Origin: Nanobdellati archaeon
GTDB taxonomy: Archaea > Nanobdellota > Nanobdellia > Woesearchaeales > GCA-2686295
Length of the DNA stretch: 63,221 nt
Assembly (NCBI GenBank): GCA_014384375.1
Contig: JACNFY010000020.1
Span: forward strand, 1 to 63,221
Reading direction: 5' to 3'
Shown: positions 18,459-27,350 of the stretch, piece by piece
Layout of the letters: the number at the start of each line of letters is the position of its first letter
How positions within the stretch are numbered: the first letter of the stretch is position 1
The notes under the pieces: model-generated
Told to the model about the DNA's origin: nothing
Database searches by the model: none
The model's input: only the letters and a program-made list of their open reading frames with translations
Position numbers and translations under genes: made by a program

Positions 18459-18703
18459 ATGAAAAAATATAAATAGTATACTTACAATGTAAGTATCAAT
18501 CAAGAAGAGAAACTATTTCTATGAAAAAACAAAAAATATAAATATAATACTTACAATGTAAGTATCAATCAAGAAGAGAAACTATTTCTATGAAAAAACA
18601 AAAAATATAAATATAATACTTACAATGTAAGTATCAATCAAGAAGAGAAACTATTTCTATGAAAAAACAAAAAATATAAATATAATACTTACATTGTAAG
18701 TAT
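18459..18703. repeat. Tandem repeat, 69-bp unit, about 3.6 copies, each with a 19-bp perfect palindrome ATACTTACA-N-TGTAAGTAT
   Basis: Units at 18459-18520 (62 bp), 18521-18589, 18590-18658 and 18659-18703 (truncated). Palindromes at 18478-18496, 18547-18565, 18616-18634 and 18685-18703. Each unit also has an AAAATATAAATATAAT TATA-like tract. Confidence 0.9.
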
Positions 18704-18852
18704 TAGACTTTTTGTGCTAGGGCAGTAAACTGAGACAGAAAAAGCAGAAACAGGACTACAGAAACAAATCTAGCACTCGTAAGACTATTCTCATACCATC
18801 ATTTATTCTTAAAGACAGAACACTTGCAGTCCTCGAATCAATAACAGAATAC

Positions 18853-19185
18853 TTGAAAGAGGAAAAAGAGCTAAGCTATCACGAGATAGCAGAAATTCTA
18901 AACAGGGATGACAGAACAATCTGGACAGTTTACAACAGAGCGAAAAACAAGAGAAAAACAGCTAGGGCGGTCTCAGTTTCTAAAACCCCCAAGATAAGTT
19001 TACCTAGCACAATTTTTAGAGACCGCTCTGTCGCTGTTTTAGAAGCAGTTGTTGAATTCTTGAAAGAAGTCAAGGAAATGACGTATCACGAGATAGCTGA
19101 AGCTCTAAACAGAGATGACAGGACTATATGGACTGTTTACTACAGAGCCAAAAAGAAAAGGAGGCAGAATGAAAGAGCTGAATAA
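18853..19185 (+). CDS. Tandem-duplicated helix-turn-helix protein (sigma-70 region 4 / LuxR-like HTH, two copies)
   Basis: Two copies of (L/M)(S/T)YHEIAE.LNRDDRTIWTVY.RAK.KR. The reading frame is open back to 18721 and encodes the missing first helix of copy 1 (IPSFILKDRTLAVLESITEYL), but there is no ATG/GTG/TTG before the TTG at 18853. Confidence 0.6.
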   Translation: MKEEKELSYHEIAEILNRDDRTIWTVYNRAKNKRKTARAVSVSKTPKISLPSTIFRDRSVAVLEAVVEFLKEVKEMTYHEIAEALNRDDRTIWTVYYRAKKKRRQNERAE

Positions 19186-22100
19186 AGTAATTAGGAAGCT
19201 TGAACTTGAACTGAAGCTCTTACATAGCTCAAAGTCTGTCTTACTAAGAGAGAGAAGAAGGAGGAAGATAAGCAAAGAAGATTATGAATTCCATAAGAGA
19301 ATAAGAGAAGATACTGAGACAAAAGCAAAATACAGGAAAGAGATAGAACAAAGATTAGCAGAAGCAAAAGTAAAACTAAGAGAAGAAAGAGAAAAGCTAA
19401 GATACAGAGATGAAAGAAGAGCAGGAATAGGATTAGCAGCAATAATTGTGTTGTTGCTAAGCTTGACTGTCTTAAGTAACTATGAAGGAATCACTGGATA
19501 CTTAACATTTACCAGAGAGCAAACAATAACAGAGACAATAAACAAGACCTTCACAGAGAATATAACGTTAGAACTGAACTTCACAAACGCAACCTCTCTC
19601 AGAATAAGCGGAGATATCATAGGCAGAGGAAGGGCAAGAGTGCTGCTTGATATAGACGGCACACTCTTCACAGTAATGGATGAATTCACAACCATTAAAG
19701 AGCCTACAAACCTAATAACAGGTCTAGTAATAGGTGAAGATGAAGAAAACATTAGTGAAGAAAATATAACAATAGAAGAAGAAATAGTTGAAAACATAAC
19801 TATTGATGAGAACATCACTATAGAAGAAAACATAACAACACTTGAGGTGTTGAACATTAGCGAAGCTAATGTAACAATTGAAGAGAATGTCACAGAAAAC
19901 ATCACAATAGAAAATACAACCATAACACCAGAAAATGTAACTATAGAAGAAAACATCACAGAAGAAATAAATGTAACACCAGAAGAGAATGTTAGTGAGA
20001 ATATAAGTGAGGATATCAATATAACAATAAATGTCACAGAAAACATAACTAAAGACATCAATGTGACACAGAATATAACAGAAAATGTAACACCGGAAAT
20101 AAACATAACACTAGAAGAGAACATAACAATAAATGTAACTCCAGAAATAAATATTACCGAGAACATAACAGAGGAAATCAATGTAACAATAAATATCACA
20201 GAAAACATAACAGTAGAAGAGAATATAACAATCAATATAACTCCAGAAATAAATATTACCGAGAACATCACAGAAGTATTCTCATTCACAGATGAATGTA
20301 TGGAGACATGTCTGCTTGAAATACCAGCTGGAAGATTAGTAATAAAACTAGAAAATGTTGAATTAAAAATAGATAATATAACATACAAGAAAGAGATAGA
20401 TAACAAGCCGCCAATACAAACTAAAGAAATAGAAAACGTCACATTCTTCAATAAATACTCATTAAACGCTTCAGAATACTTCAAAGACCCAGAAGGAGAA
20501 ATACTAATCTTTGATGTAAAAGAAGTTCCAGAGATAAAAGCAACTATAGAAAATAGTATAATAACATTCACAACCAACAAGAGCGGAATCTACGAGACAT
20601 TCATATACGTCACAGATGGAACAAGCTTGGTCAAGAGTAATGTGTTCTCACTAAGAGTAGGAAGCGTAGAAAACATAACAGTAAACATAACTCCAAAGCT
20701 AGAAGAAAATATAACACAGCTACCTGCAGTGATAGGACAACCAGTCAAGTGGAGAAAAGTAGTGAGAGTATTAGAACCAACTAATAAATTAATCGTGAAA
20801 ATAACAGAAGAGGCATATAACATCCGAGTAATAGAAGGGGAAACAGATAAAGAGATAGCAAGAGAAAAACTAAGTGTTGTGGAAAATAATACAAGGAAGA
20901 AACTAGAACAATATGAAACAGAGAAAGAAATGGAGAAAATAAGCGAAGAGATAGAAAAAGAGAAAGATACTACAAAAATCCAAGAACTTGAAAACGAACT
21001 CAAGAAACTAGAGGAAAAGAGAACATCACTAATAACAGGAGTAGTAATACTAGAACAGAAAGAACCCGGAATACTAACTAAGTTACTTGAGAAAACATCT
21101 AGCTATGTACAAACAGCAACCATAACAGGAAGAGTTATACAAGAAGTACCAGAAGCGACCATAGAAGAAGAGATTGAGGAGGAAACAGTAGAAGAAATAG
21201 AGATTGAAGAGGAAGAAGAAGAGGAAAAAGTAGAAACACAAGAAGACGAAGTAGACGATAAAGTTGAAGACAAAGTAAAGAAAGAGAAGAAAAAAGAAAA
21301 GAAAGAAAAAAAGTCTAAAGAGAAAAAAGAAGATAAAGAGGAAGAAGAGGAACCAGACGAGGAAGAAGAAACACCTGAAACAAACATAACAGAAGATTTC
21401 AACATCACACCAGAAATAAACGTCACAATCAACATAACAGAAAACATCACCACAAATGCAACACCAGAAATGAATGTTAGTGAAAACATAACAATAAATG
21501 TCACAGAAAACATAACTAAAGACATCAATGAGAGCATCAATGTAACACAGAATATAACAGAAAATGTAACACTGGAAATAAACATAACACTAGAAGAGAA
21601 TATAACAATAAATATCACACTAGTGAAAAACATAACAGAAAAAATAAACCTGAGCGAAAATATAACAACAAACATAACAGAATATACTAACATAACAATA
21701 AACATAACACCAGAAACAAACATAACAGAGAATATTACAATAGAGATAAATGTAACTGAGAATGTCACACCAATAATTAATGTCACAGAAAATATCACAA
21801 TAGAAAATATAACCATAACACCAGAAAATGTAACTATAGAAGAAAACATCACAGAAGAAATAAACATAACTGCAGAAAATGTTAGCTTAATAATAGAGCA
21901 CAATGCAACAGATTATATAATAGAATACGAGACAAGTACACCTTACATAATAGAAGAAGAAATAAACGTTTACAAGAAAATAGTTACAATAACAGGAATC
22001 CTACCTTACGAGAGAGTATTAGCATTCACAAACATAATACCATCACCAGAAGAAAATATTGGATTATACTGGATAAGGAACGGAACAAAGACAAGATTTG

Positions 22101-25100
22101 AGAATGTCACGTATGTAGACACAGATAATGACAGATTAATAGACAGGCTTGAATGGATAGTACCACACCTAAGCAACCAGACATTCGAAATAACCATAAC
22201 AGTGCTGAACGCTAAGAGTTATCCAATGGTTGGCGGCTTCTGGACAGTACAGCTAAACACAACAGGACAGGCAGACTTAGAAGTCATACCAATCAACTTA
22301 ACAACATTCGTGAACGAATCAATACCAAAATACAACGGAGAGGATGACTTAGAATTCGAAGAGTTCTTATGCGGAGATACACCAGTAACAGATCTATGGA
22401 TAAGCACAACAGAAGAATGTATAAATAACACACTAGAAACTGATGATTCAACATACTGCTACATTGAAGAAAATAAGACTTTCGTCAACTATACAGAGCT
22501 ACAACAGACTAATCTGTCAATCAACGTAACATCATTCAAGATATATGACTACGAGTGTGAGAACATCAGCTACTGGACAGATACAGTAAGAACATCAGGA
22601 GCACACTACATACTATTTACATTTGGACCAGATAATGCAACCGCAGAGAACTGGGCTGTTAAGAACGCGACCTCAAAGACACTTAACGCAACAGTAAGCA
22701 TCAGGAGACCAAGTGGAACAATGACATCAATCCAAGGAGCATATATGTTGTTGAACCACACAACTGAAGACACTCAGAAATGGCATAACACAACATGGGT
22801 CCATAATTACACCACAGATTGTCAAGAAGAAGGAAACTACGAAGTATATGTAGAACTTATGAGTCTTGGTAACTCAGGAGCAGAGAAAGACAGAACTGGA
22901 ATAGCTGAAGCAATAACCTACTGGATTGATAGTTGCATAATAGCAGGAGCAGGTAATATAAATTGTACAGTACATGCAAAGAGTAATAGTTCTGATAGCA
23001 CGTGGAAAGTGTTTGGAGGAAGATTAGAACTACTGAATGGTTCATCTAGCAGAGCTGTTTGTAACATAACAAGCGTAGGCGGAGATGCAGATGCATACTG
23101 GACTGCAGACGGACAAGACACATGTTCAGGAAGTGAGTGCGGACAGTGGATAGAGTTCTACCACAATGTAAGCAGCACTGATGAGGATGAAACAACCTTC
23201 ACAATCACATGTGATGACGGGTCAGATGACAACAGTGTTGTGCTCTTGAATTTAAACGAAACCTGCGGCCCAAGCATCTGCGGAAATGCAACAATATCTC
23301 AAGGAGGATTTGACGCATGTAACAACCCAACATGCTCAGACAACTTCACATACATTGGCAATGATACAGTGGAAAGTTTAGGAGGATTTGACTTAATGAC
23401 ATATGACATTGGAATACTTGACACATGGGGATGGGGTACAGTTAGCACCTACAATATTGATTGGGATTCTGATCAAAAAGACTGTGACTGCTATGTTGGA
23501 AGCACCAACTGTAACAGCGGAAGCTGCTATAATACAACAGGAAACATAATCGGTTTCACAGATGGAGGATCCAATTACAACGCGAGTTGTTGTGGTGATG
23601 ACTCAAGTGAGTATTACAACGAAACAGGATACACAAACCTTGAAAGCGTACCAACAATAAGTGCAGCTTGCTGTAATTCAACTACTAGCTGTGTATCAGC
23701 TAGCACATGTTATGCAAACACTACAAGCATAGCAAGCATAGACTCAGACTCAGACACAGATTATTGCATAGAAGGAATATGGTATGACTGTGGAAGCGAT
23801 TCTGACTGTTCAAGCGGACAGTTCTGTAACTCAAGCGACTGTGAAGGATCAGAGATAAATATTACATTTGAGAGTCCGACACCTGCACATGACTCTATAC
23901 AAATAAACAACCAAGTGACAATTAATGTCTCTGTAAGCTCGTTAGGAAGCAATGTAGACGCTTGTATCTTAGAATGGAATGGAGTTAACGAGACAATGGA
24001 CAGACAAGGTAGCGGAACAAGCGTGACATGTAACACAACAAAAACAACAACAGATGGAACAGTATACACATACAAGGTTTTTGCTAACAACACCGTTGGA
24101 TTATGGAGTAGCAGCACTACTAGGAACTTCACAGAGAATAGCGTACCAAGTATAAGCAGTATATCATTAACCACTGAAACAGGTAATAATTTAACGACAG
24201 AAACCTTAAATTGCTCATTTACAATCTCTGATTCAGAGAACACTAGCTTGTATGCATACTACAAATGGTACAATGGAACAAACTTAAAAGATAGTGGAGG
24301 AGTTAGTATGACAAGCGGAGTGGAGAACTCCATACTTCTAGGTTCAGGAAACACGACAAAAGGCGAAACCTGGTATTGCGAGATAACTCCTTATGATGGA
24401 TTTGAAAATGGAACGGCTCAGAACACCTCATTAACTATACTTAACTCCAACCCATCAGTCACACTCACAGCACCAACAAATGACACTGTCTTGACGCAGT
24501 ACAGCAACAGGACGCCAACATTTACCTGGAGTGCTAGCGATAACGACTCAATAGATACCTTGAACTACACAATCTGGATATATGAAGACTCTGCATTAAC
24601 AAGTCTGAACAGGAGTAATTACACACAAAGCATGATATTCATACCATCCTCTGACTTAGGACTTGATATGCCTTACTGGTGGATCGTTGAGGTTTATGAT
24701 GGCTCAAGCAGAGTTAACAGCACTGTATGGAACTTTACAATACAATCCTACAAAGCAATAAATTTAACTACTTCAACTGTTGACTTTGGAAACATGCTTC
24801 CAAATGTTAACAAGGATACTGAGAACAACGCAACTCCGTTCAAGATTGAAAACATTGGAAACATATTCGTAAACCTAACAATATATGCAAACACCACCTT
24901 GTGGACAAATGCTGCTATTAACACAAGTTATTACAGATATAGAGCAGATGTTGAGGAATCAGGCGCTTTCAATACAACTAATTCACAAACGACTTGGAAG
25001 AACATGGATAATGTCTCAACTGATTTGCTTAAAGAGTTAAACTTCAGTGTATCAGCAGACGAGGCACAGATAGATATCAATATAACAGTACCTGACAAAG

Positions 25101-25147
25101 AACCACCCGGAACAAAATCATCGCAGATAATTGTAACAGCTGAATAA
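19169..25147 (+). CDS. Giant (about 1990 aa) type-II membrane-anchored surface protein saturated with N-glycosylation sequons
   Basis: ATG at 19169 lies 5 nt after AAGGAGG (preferred over the alternative start at 19115). Basic coiled-coil N-terminus, one TM (GIGLAAIIVLLLSLTVL), two NIT/NVT repeat arrays, an acidic/Lys block, a Cys-rich region (CCGDDSSEYY ...) and Ig-like C-terminal domains. Confidence 0.85.
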   Translation: MKELNKVIRKLELELKLLHSSKSVLLRERRRRKISKEDYEFHKRIREDTETKAKYRKEIEQRLAEAKVKLREEREKLRYRDERRAGIGLAAIIVLLLSLTVLSNYEGITGYLTFTREQTITETINKTFTENITLELNFTNATSLRISGDIIGRGRARVLLDIDGTLFTVMDEFTTIKEPTNLITGLVIGEDEENISEENITIEEEIVENITIDENITIEENITTLEVLNISEANVTIEENVTENITIENTTITPENVTIEENITEEINVTPEENVSENISEDINITINVTENITKDINVTQNITENVTPEINITLEENITINVTPEINITENITEEINVTINITENITVEENITINITPEINITENITEVFSFTDECMETCLLEIPAGRLVIKLENVELKIDNITYKKEIDNKPPIQTKEIENVTFFNKYSLNASEYFKDPEGEILIFDVKEVPEIKATIENSIITFTTNKSGIYETFIYVTDGTSLVKSNVFSLRVGSVENITVNITPKLEENITQLPAVIGQPVKWRKVVRVLEPTNKLIVKITEEAYNIRVIEGETDKEIAREKLSVVENNTRKKLEQYETEKEMEKISEEIEKEKDTTKIQELENELKKLEEKRTSLITGVVILEQKEPGILTKLLEKTSSYVQTATITGRVIQEVPEATIEEEIEEETVEEIEIEEEEEEEKVETQEDEVDDKVEDKVKKEKKKEKKEKKSKEKKEDKEEEEEPDEEEETPETNITEDFNITPEINVTINITENITTNATPEMNVSENITINVTENITKDINESINVTQNITENVTLEINITLEENITINITLVKNITEKINLSENITTNITEYTNITINITPETNITENITIEINVTENVTPIINVTENITIENITITPENVTIEENITEEINITAENVSLIIEHNATDYIIEYETSTPYIIEEEINVYKKIVTITGILPYERVLAFTNIIPSPEENIGLYWIRNGTKTRFENVTYVDTDNDRLIDRLEWIVPHLSNQTFEITITVLNAKSYPMVGGFWTVQLNTTGQADLEVIPINLTTFVNESIPKYNGEDDLEFEEFLCGDTPVTDLWISTTEECINNTLETDDSTYCYIEENKTFVNYTELQQTNLSINVTSFKIYDYECENISYWTDTVRTSGAHYILFTFGPDNATAENWAVKNATSKTLNATVSIRRPSGTMTSIQGAYMLLNHTTEDTQKWHNTTWVHNYTTDCQEEGNYEVYVELMSLGNSGAEKDRTGIAEAITYWIDSCIIAGAGNINCTVHAKSNSSDSTWKVFGGRLELLNGSSSRAVCNITSVGGDADAYWTADGQDTCSGSECGQWIEFYHNVSSTDEDETTFTITCDDGSDDNSVVLLNLNETCGPSICGNATISQGGFDACNNPTCSDNFTYIGNDTVESLGGFDLMTYDIGILDTWGWGTVSTYNIDWDSDQKDCDCYVGSTNCNSGSCYNTTGNIIGFTDGGSNYNASCCGDDSSEYYNETGYTNLESVPTISAACCNSTTSCVSASTCYANTTSIASIDSDSDTDYCIEGIWYDCGSDSDCSSGQFCNSSDCEGSEINITFESPTPAHDSIQINNQVTINVSVSSLGSNVDACILEWNGVNETMDRQGSGTSVTCNTTKTTTDGTVYTYKVFANNTVGLWSSSTTRNFTENSVPSISSISLTTETGNNLTTETLNCSFTISDSENTSLYAYYKWYNGTNLKDSGGVSMTSGVENSILLGSGNTTKGETWYCEITPYDGFENGTAQNTSLTILNSNPSVTLTAPTNDTVLTQYSNRTPTFTWSASDNDSIDTLNYTIWIYEDSALTSLNRSNYTQSMIFIPSSDLGLDMPYWWIVEVYDGSSRVNSTVWNFTIQSYKAINLTTSTVDFGNMLPNVNKDTENNATPFKIENIGNIFVNLTIYANTTLWTNAAINTSYYRYRADVEESGAFNTTNSQTTWKNMDNVSTDLLKELNFSVSADEAQIDINITVPDKEPPGTKSSQIIVTAE
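19742..20277 (+). repeat. Intragenic sequon array 1 (degenerate ENIT/INVT units)
   Basis: About 33 N-x-S/T sequons by hand count in about 175 residues. Degenerate 12-18 nt DNA periodicity (gaaaacataaca / gaaataaatgtaaca). Confidence 0.85.
21377..21910 (+). repeat. Intragenic sequon array 2, a partial duplicate of array 1
   Basis: Blocks 21488-21620 and 21782-21864 are near-identical at the DNA level to 20021-20145 and 19889-19971. Confidence 0.85.
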
Positions 25148-25149
25148 AA

Positions 25150-26256
25150 ATGAAGAGAGAACTACTGGTAATAATGGCAATCCTGCTAGTTCACAGTGTC
25201 TGGGGAATAGGCGTCGGACCTGCCAGTACAAAAATAGACTTTGAACCAAATCTTACAAGGCAATACTCAATAACTGTTTACAACACAGAACACAAGAGCT
25301 TTGAAGCAACTCTAGAGTTAACAGGGGAACTTGAAAAGTTTTTGCTCTTAGAAAGCAAAGCAGTTTCATTCACAGAAGAAGATAATCAAAAAAGTATCTT
25401 CTTCAACGTCTCCTTCCCAAGAGACATACCACCAGGCTCTTACACAGGACAAATTGTAATCACTGAAAAGCCATTGGACAGGCAAGGCACAATAATAGCT
25501 TCACTTGGAGTCACACATGAAATAAGCCTTAAAGTTCCCACTCATGGAAAATACATAAAGGAATCAATTGAAAAGAGGAACAAATCAATACATATCAGCA
25601 TAAAGAACATCGGCTTGAAAGAGATAGAAAAACTAGAAGTGTTTAACAAAATATATGATAGCACAAAAAACTTTTCATACTATCACTCAAAAAACAACTT
25701 CTTGTCTGACGAAGTGTTTAATTTTTCCTTAGTGCTAACTCAACCTATAGGAATCTACACTCACAAAGTTTCAATAAGATACGATGAATTAACAAAAAAC
25801 ATAACCAAGACATTAATAATTGGAGAAATTCAGATTTTAATAACTGACCTGAAAATAAAAGATTTCAACCTTGGAGAAATAGCGGCTATCGATATTTCTC
25901 TATCCAGCAACTGGAATCAAGACTTAAAAAACGTTTATGTAGAAATAGATGTATTTGACCAAGAAGAACTTATTGATACCATAAAAGGACCAACACTCAC
26001 AATAAATAATATGAAAACTACAACCTTGTTCTGGGATACAAAAGAACTGTTAGAAGGAGAGTACAAACTAGTTGTGAAAGTCTTCCATAACAACAAAATA
26101 ATCTCAGAAAAAGAATACTCAACCAAATTAACAGAGAAGAAAGCTGTTATAAGAAAAGAAGTTAAGCTCTATCCAATCATAATATTATCAATCACCATAG
26201 TCATCCTGGGACTTATAATATTAGTCCTAAAAATAAAAAGAAGAAAAAAAACTTAA
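25150..26256 (+). CDS. Secreted beta-sandwich repeat protein with a C-terminal TM anchor and basic tail
   Basis: Signal peptide (LLVIMAILLVHSVWG), C-terminal TM plus KIKRRKKT. Paralog of the 27351 gene. Start lies 2 nt after the giant gene stop. Confidence 0.6.
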   Translation: MKRELLVIMAILLVHSVWGIGVGPASTKIDFEPNLTRQYSITVYNTEHKSFEATLELTGELEKFLLLESKAVSFTEEDNQKSIFFNVSFPRDIPPGSYTGQIVITEKPLDRQGTIIASLGVTHEISLKVPTHGKYIKESIEKRNKSIHISIKNIGLKEIEKLEVFNKIYDSTKNFSYYHSKNNFLSDEVFNFSLVLTQPIGIYTHKVSIRYDELTKNITKTLIIGEIQILITDLKIKDFNLGEIAAIDISLSSNWNQDLKNVYVEIDVFDQEELIDTIKGPTLTINNMKTTTLFWDTKELLEGEYKLVVKVFHNNKIISEKEYSTKLTEKKAVIRKEVKLYPIIILSITIVILGLIILVLKIKRRKKT

Positions 26257-26268
26257 AAAAAAGAAAGA

Positions 26269-26276
26269 TTTATATA
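26269..26276 (+). promoter_or_regulatory. TATA box (TTTATATA)
   Basis: Upstream of the 26317 gene, which also has an AAGGTG Shine-Dalgarno sequence. Confidence 0.35.
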
Positions 26277-26316
26277 CTACAACAAGCAAGAAGATAAATA
26301 TAAAGGTGTATTAGCT

Positions 26317-26541
26317 ATGAAAGAGGATATATCCAAAAATACTATCTTAGTTCTCGTTGTATTAACAGTTGTTATTTCACTTCTTGGAACTTGGACTGTT
26401 ATCAATGAAGTGAACAATATAAAAGTTACATCACCTGAAGTAAGCAGAGAAGCACAAAGTAGTGGAAAAATCATGCTCACAATTAACCCACCTGACGAAG
26501 TTGAAACAACTGGAAAGGTGGTATTAACTAAGACTCAATAG
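26317..26541 (+). CDS. Small (74 aa) secreted protein with an N-terminal hydrophobic helix ending LLGTWTV
   Basis: SD AAGGTG 9 nt upstream. N-terminus MKEDISKNTILVLVVLTVVISLLGTWTV. Short beta-strand-like C-terminus. Confidence 0.45.
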   Translation: MKEDISKNTILVLVVLTVVISLLGTWTVINEVNNIKVTSPEVSREAQSSGKIMLTINPPDEVETTGKVVLTKTQ

Positions 26542-26555
26542 GAGGATGTCAAAAA

Positions 26556-27284
26556 ATGGAAGAAACAAACAAAACATTAGCGCTTTTATTGGTCGCTGCA
26601 ATAGTAGTTTCGTTAGGAGGAACTATTGTTAGCTTAAACAAATTAGGACAAATCCAGTTAGGAGCACTAACAGGAAGAGCAGTAGACACATCTCCAGGTT
26701 ATGTCCAGCTAAACGTTACATCAGAGACAACCGTTACATTCACAAGGAACACTATAAATTTCGGGAATGGTTATGTTAACTCTACATGCAACAACTGTAC
26801 CATGTATACAAATTCATCAACATCAGGTACAAATTACACAAACCCCCAGTGCTGCATAAATGAATGGGGAAACCCTGGTAGTGGTAAAGAGGCAGATACT
26901 GGTTTGTGGATACAAAATCAAGGTAACACCAACTTGACACTTAACTTGGATTTCTCTGATACTGCAGCAACCTTCATCGGAGGAGCAAGCCCCTCCCCTG
27001 AGTTCCAATGGATAGTAATAAATGACTCTAGTGCTAGAACCTGTACTGGAACCTGCAGCGCTCCAGGAGATGACACTAGTGGCGCTTGTGCTTTTATTAA
27101 TAACTATGGCCTCCAATGGAACAATGCAAATACAAGCGATCCTCAAATATGTGCTGACAACTATGGATTCAAGGCCATAACAACTCAGGACGAGTTTGTT
27201 ATTGATGCAAGGGTGTTGGTTCCAAGAACAGCAGCAGCTGCCCAAAAAACAGCCACATTAACAATTACAGGAACTTCTGCATAA
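26556..27284 (+). CDS. Secreted Asn/Thr/Cys-rich protein (242 aa) with an N-terminal helix ending SLGGTIVS
   Basis: SD AGGAGG upstream. N-terminus MEETNKTLALLLVAAIVVSLGGTIVS. Many sequons. Ends ATLTITGTSA. Confidence 0.55.
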   Translation: MEETNKTLALLLVAAIVVSLGGTIVSLNKLGQIQLGALTGRAVDTSPGYVQLNVTSETTVTFTRNTINFGNGYVNSTCNNCTMYTNSSTSGTNYTNPQCCINEWGNPGSGKEADTGLWIQNQGNTNLTLNLDFSDTAATFIGGASPSPEFQWIVINDSSARTCTGTCSAPGDDTSGACAFINNYGLQWNNANTSDPQICADNYGFKAITTQDEFVIDARVLVPRTAAAAQKTATLTITGTSA

Positions 27285-27319
27285 TTAATTTTTTCTTTTC
27301 TAATTTTGTTTTAAAAAAA

Positions 27320-27327
27320 TTTATATA
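27320..27327 (+). promoter_or_regulatory. TATA box (TTTATATA), leaderless geometry
   Basis: Centre is 27-28 nt upstream of the ATG at 27351. Confidence 0.45.
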
Positions 27328-27350
27328 GAAACAGTCATAAAGTGTTAGAG

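Noticed and set aside
18459-18703. Possible CRISPR array
   Set aside because: The whole 69-bp unit repeats head to tail, there are no unique spacers, and no cas genes are in the window. It is a tandem repeat.
18459-18703. Replication origin (ORB-like repeats)
   Set aside because: No orc1/cdc6 gene is adjacent, and the repeats are direct copies of one unit rather than inverted boxes around an unwinding element. It is kept only as a remote alternative in the finding.
19115-19168. ORF-track start of the giant gene at 19115
   Set aside because: That is a non-ATG start inside the HTH gene. The ATG at 19169 has AAGGAGG 5 nt upstream and begins a coherent coiled-coil N-terminus.
19480-21903. Long minus-strand ORFs (366, 137 and 266 aa) inside giant gene 1
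   Set aside because: These are antisense shadows of the NIT/NVT repeats. They translate to low-complexity MFSVIFIS-type strings, have no start context, and lie fully inside a strongly supported plus-strand gene.
26823-27245. 140-aa minus-strand ORF
   Set aside because: It is antisense to the 26556-27284 secreted-protein gene, which has an SD sequence, a signal helix and operon context. The antisense ORF arises from a locally GC-richer stretch without stops.
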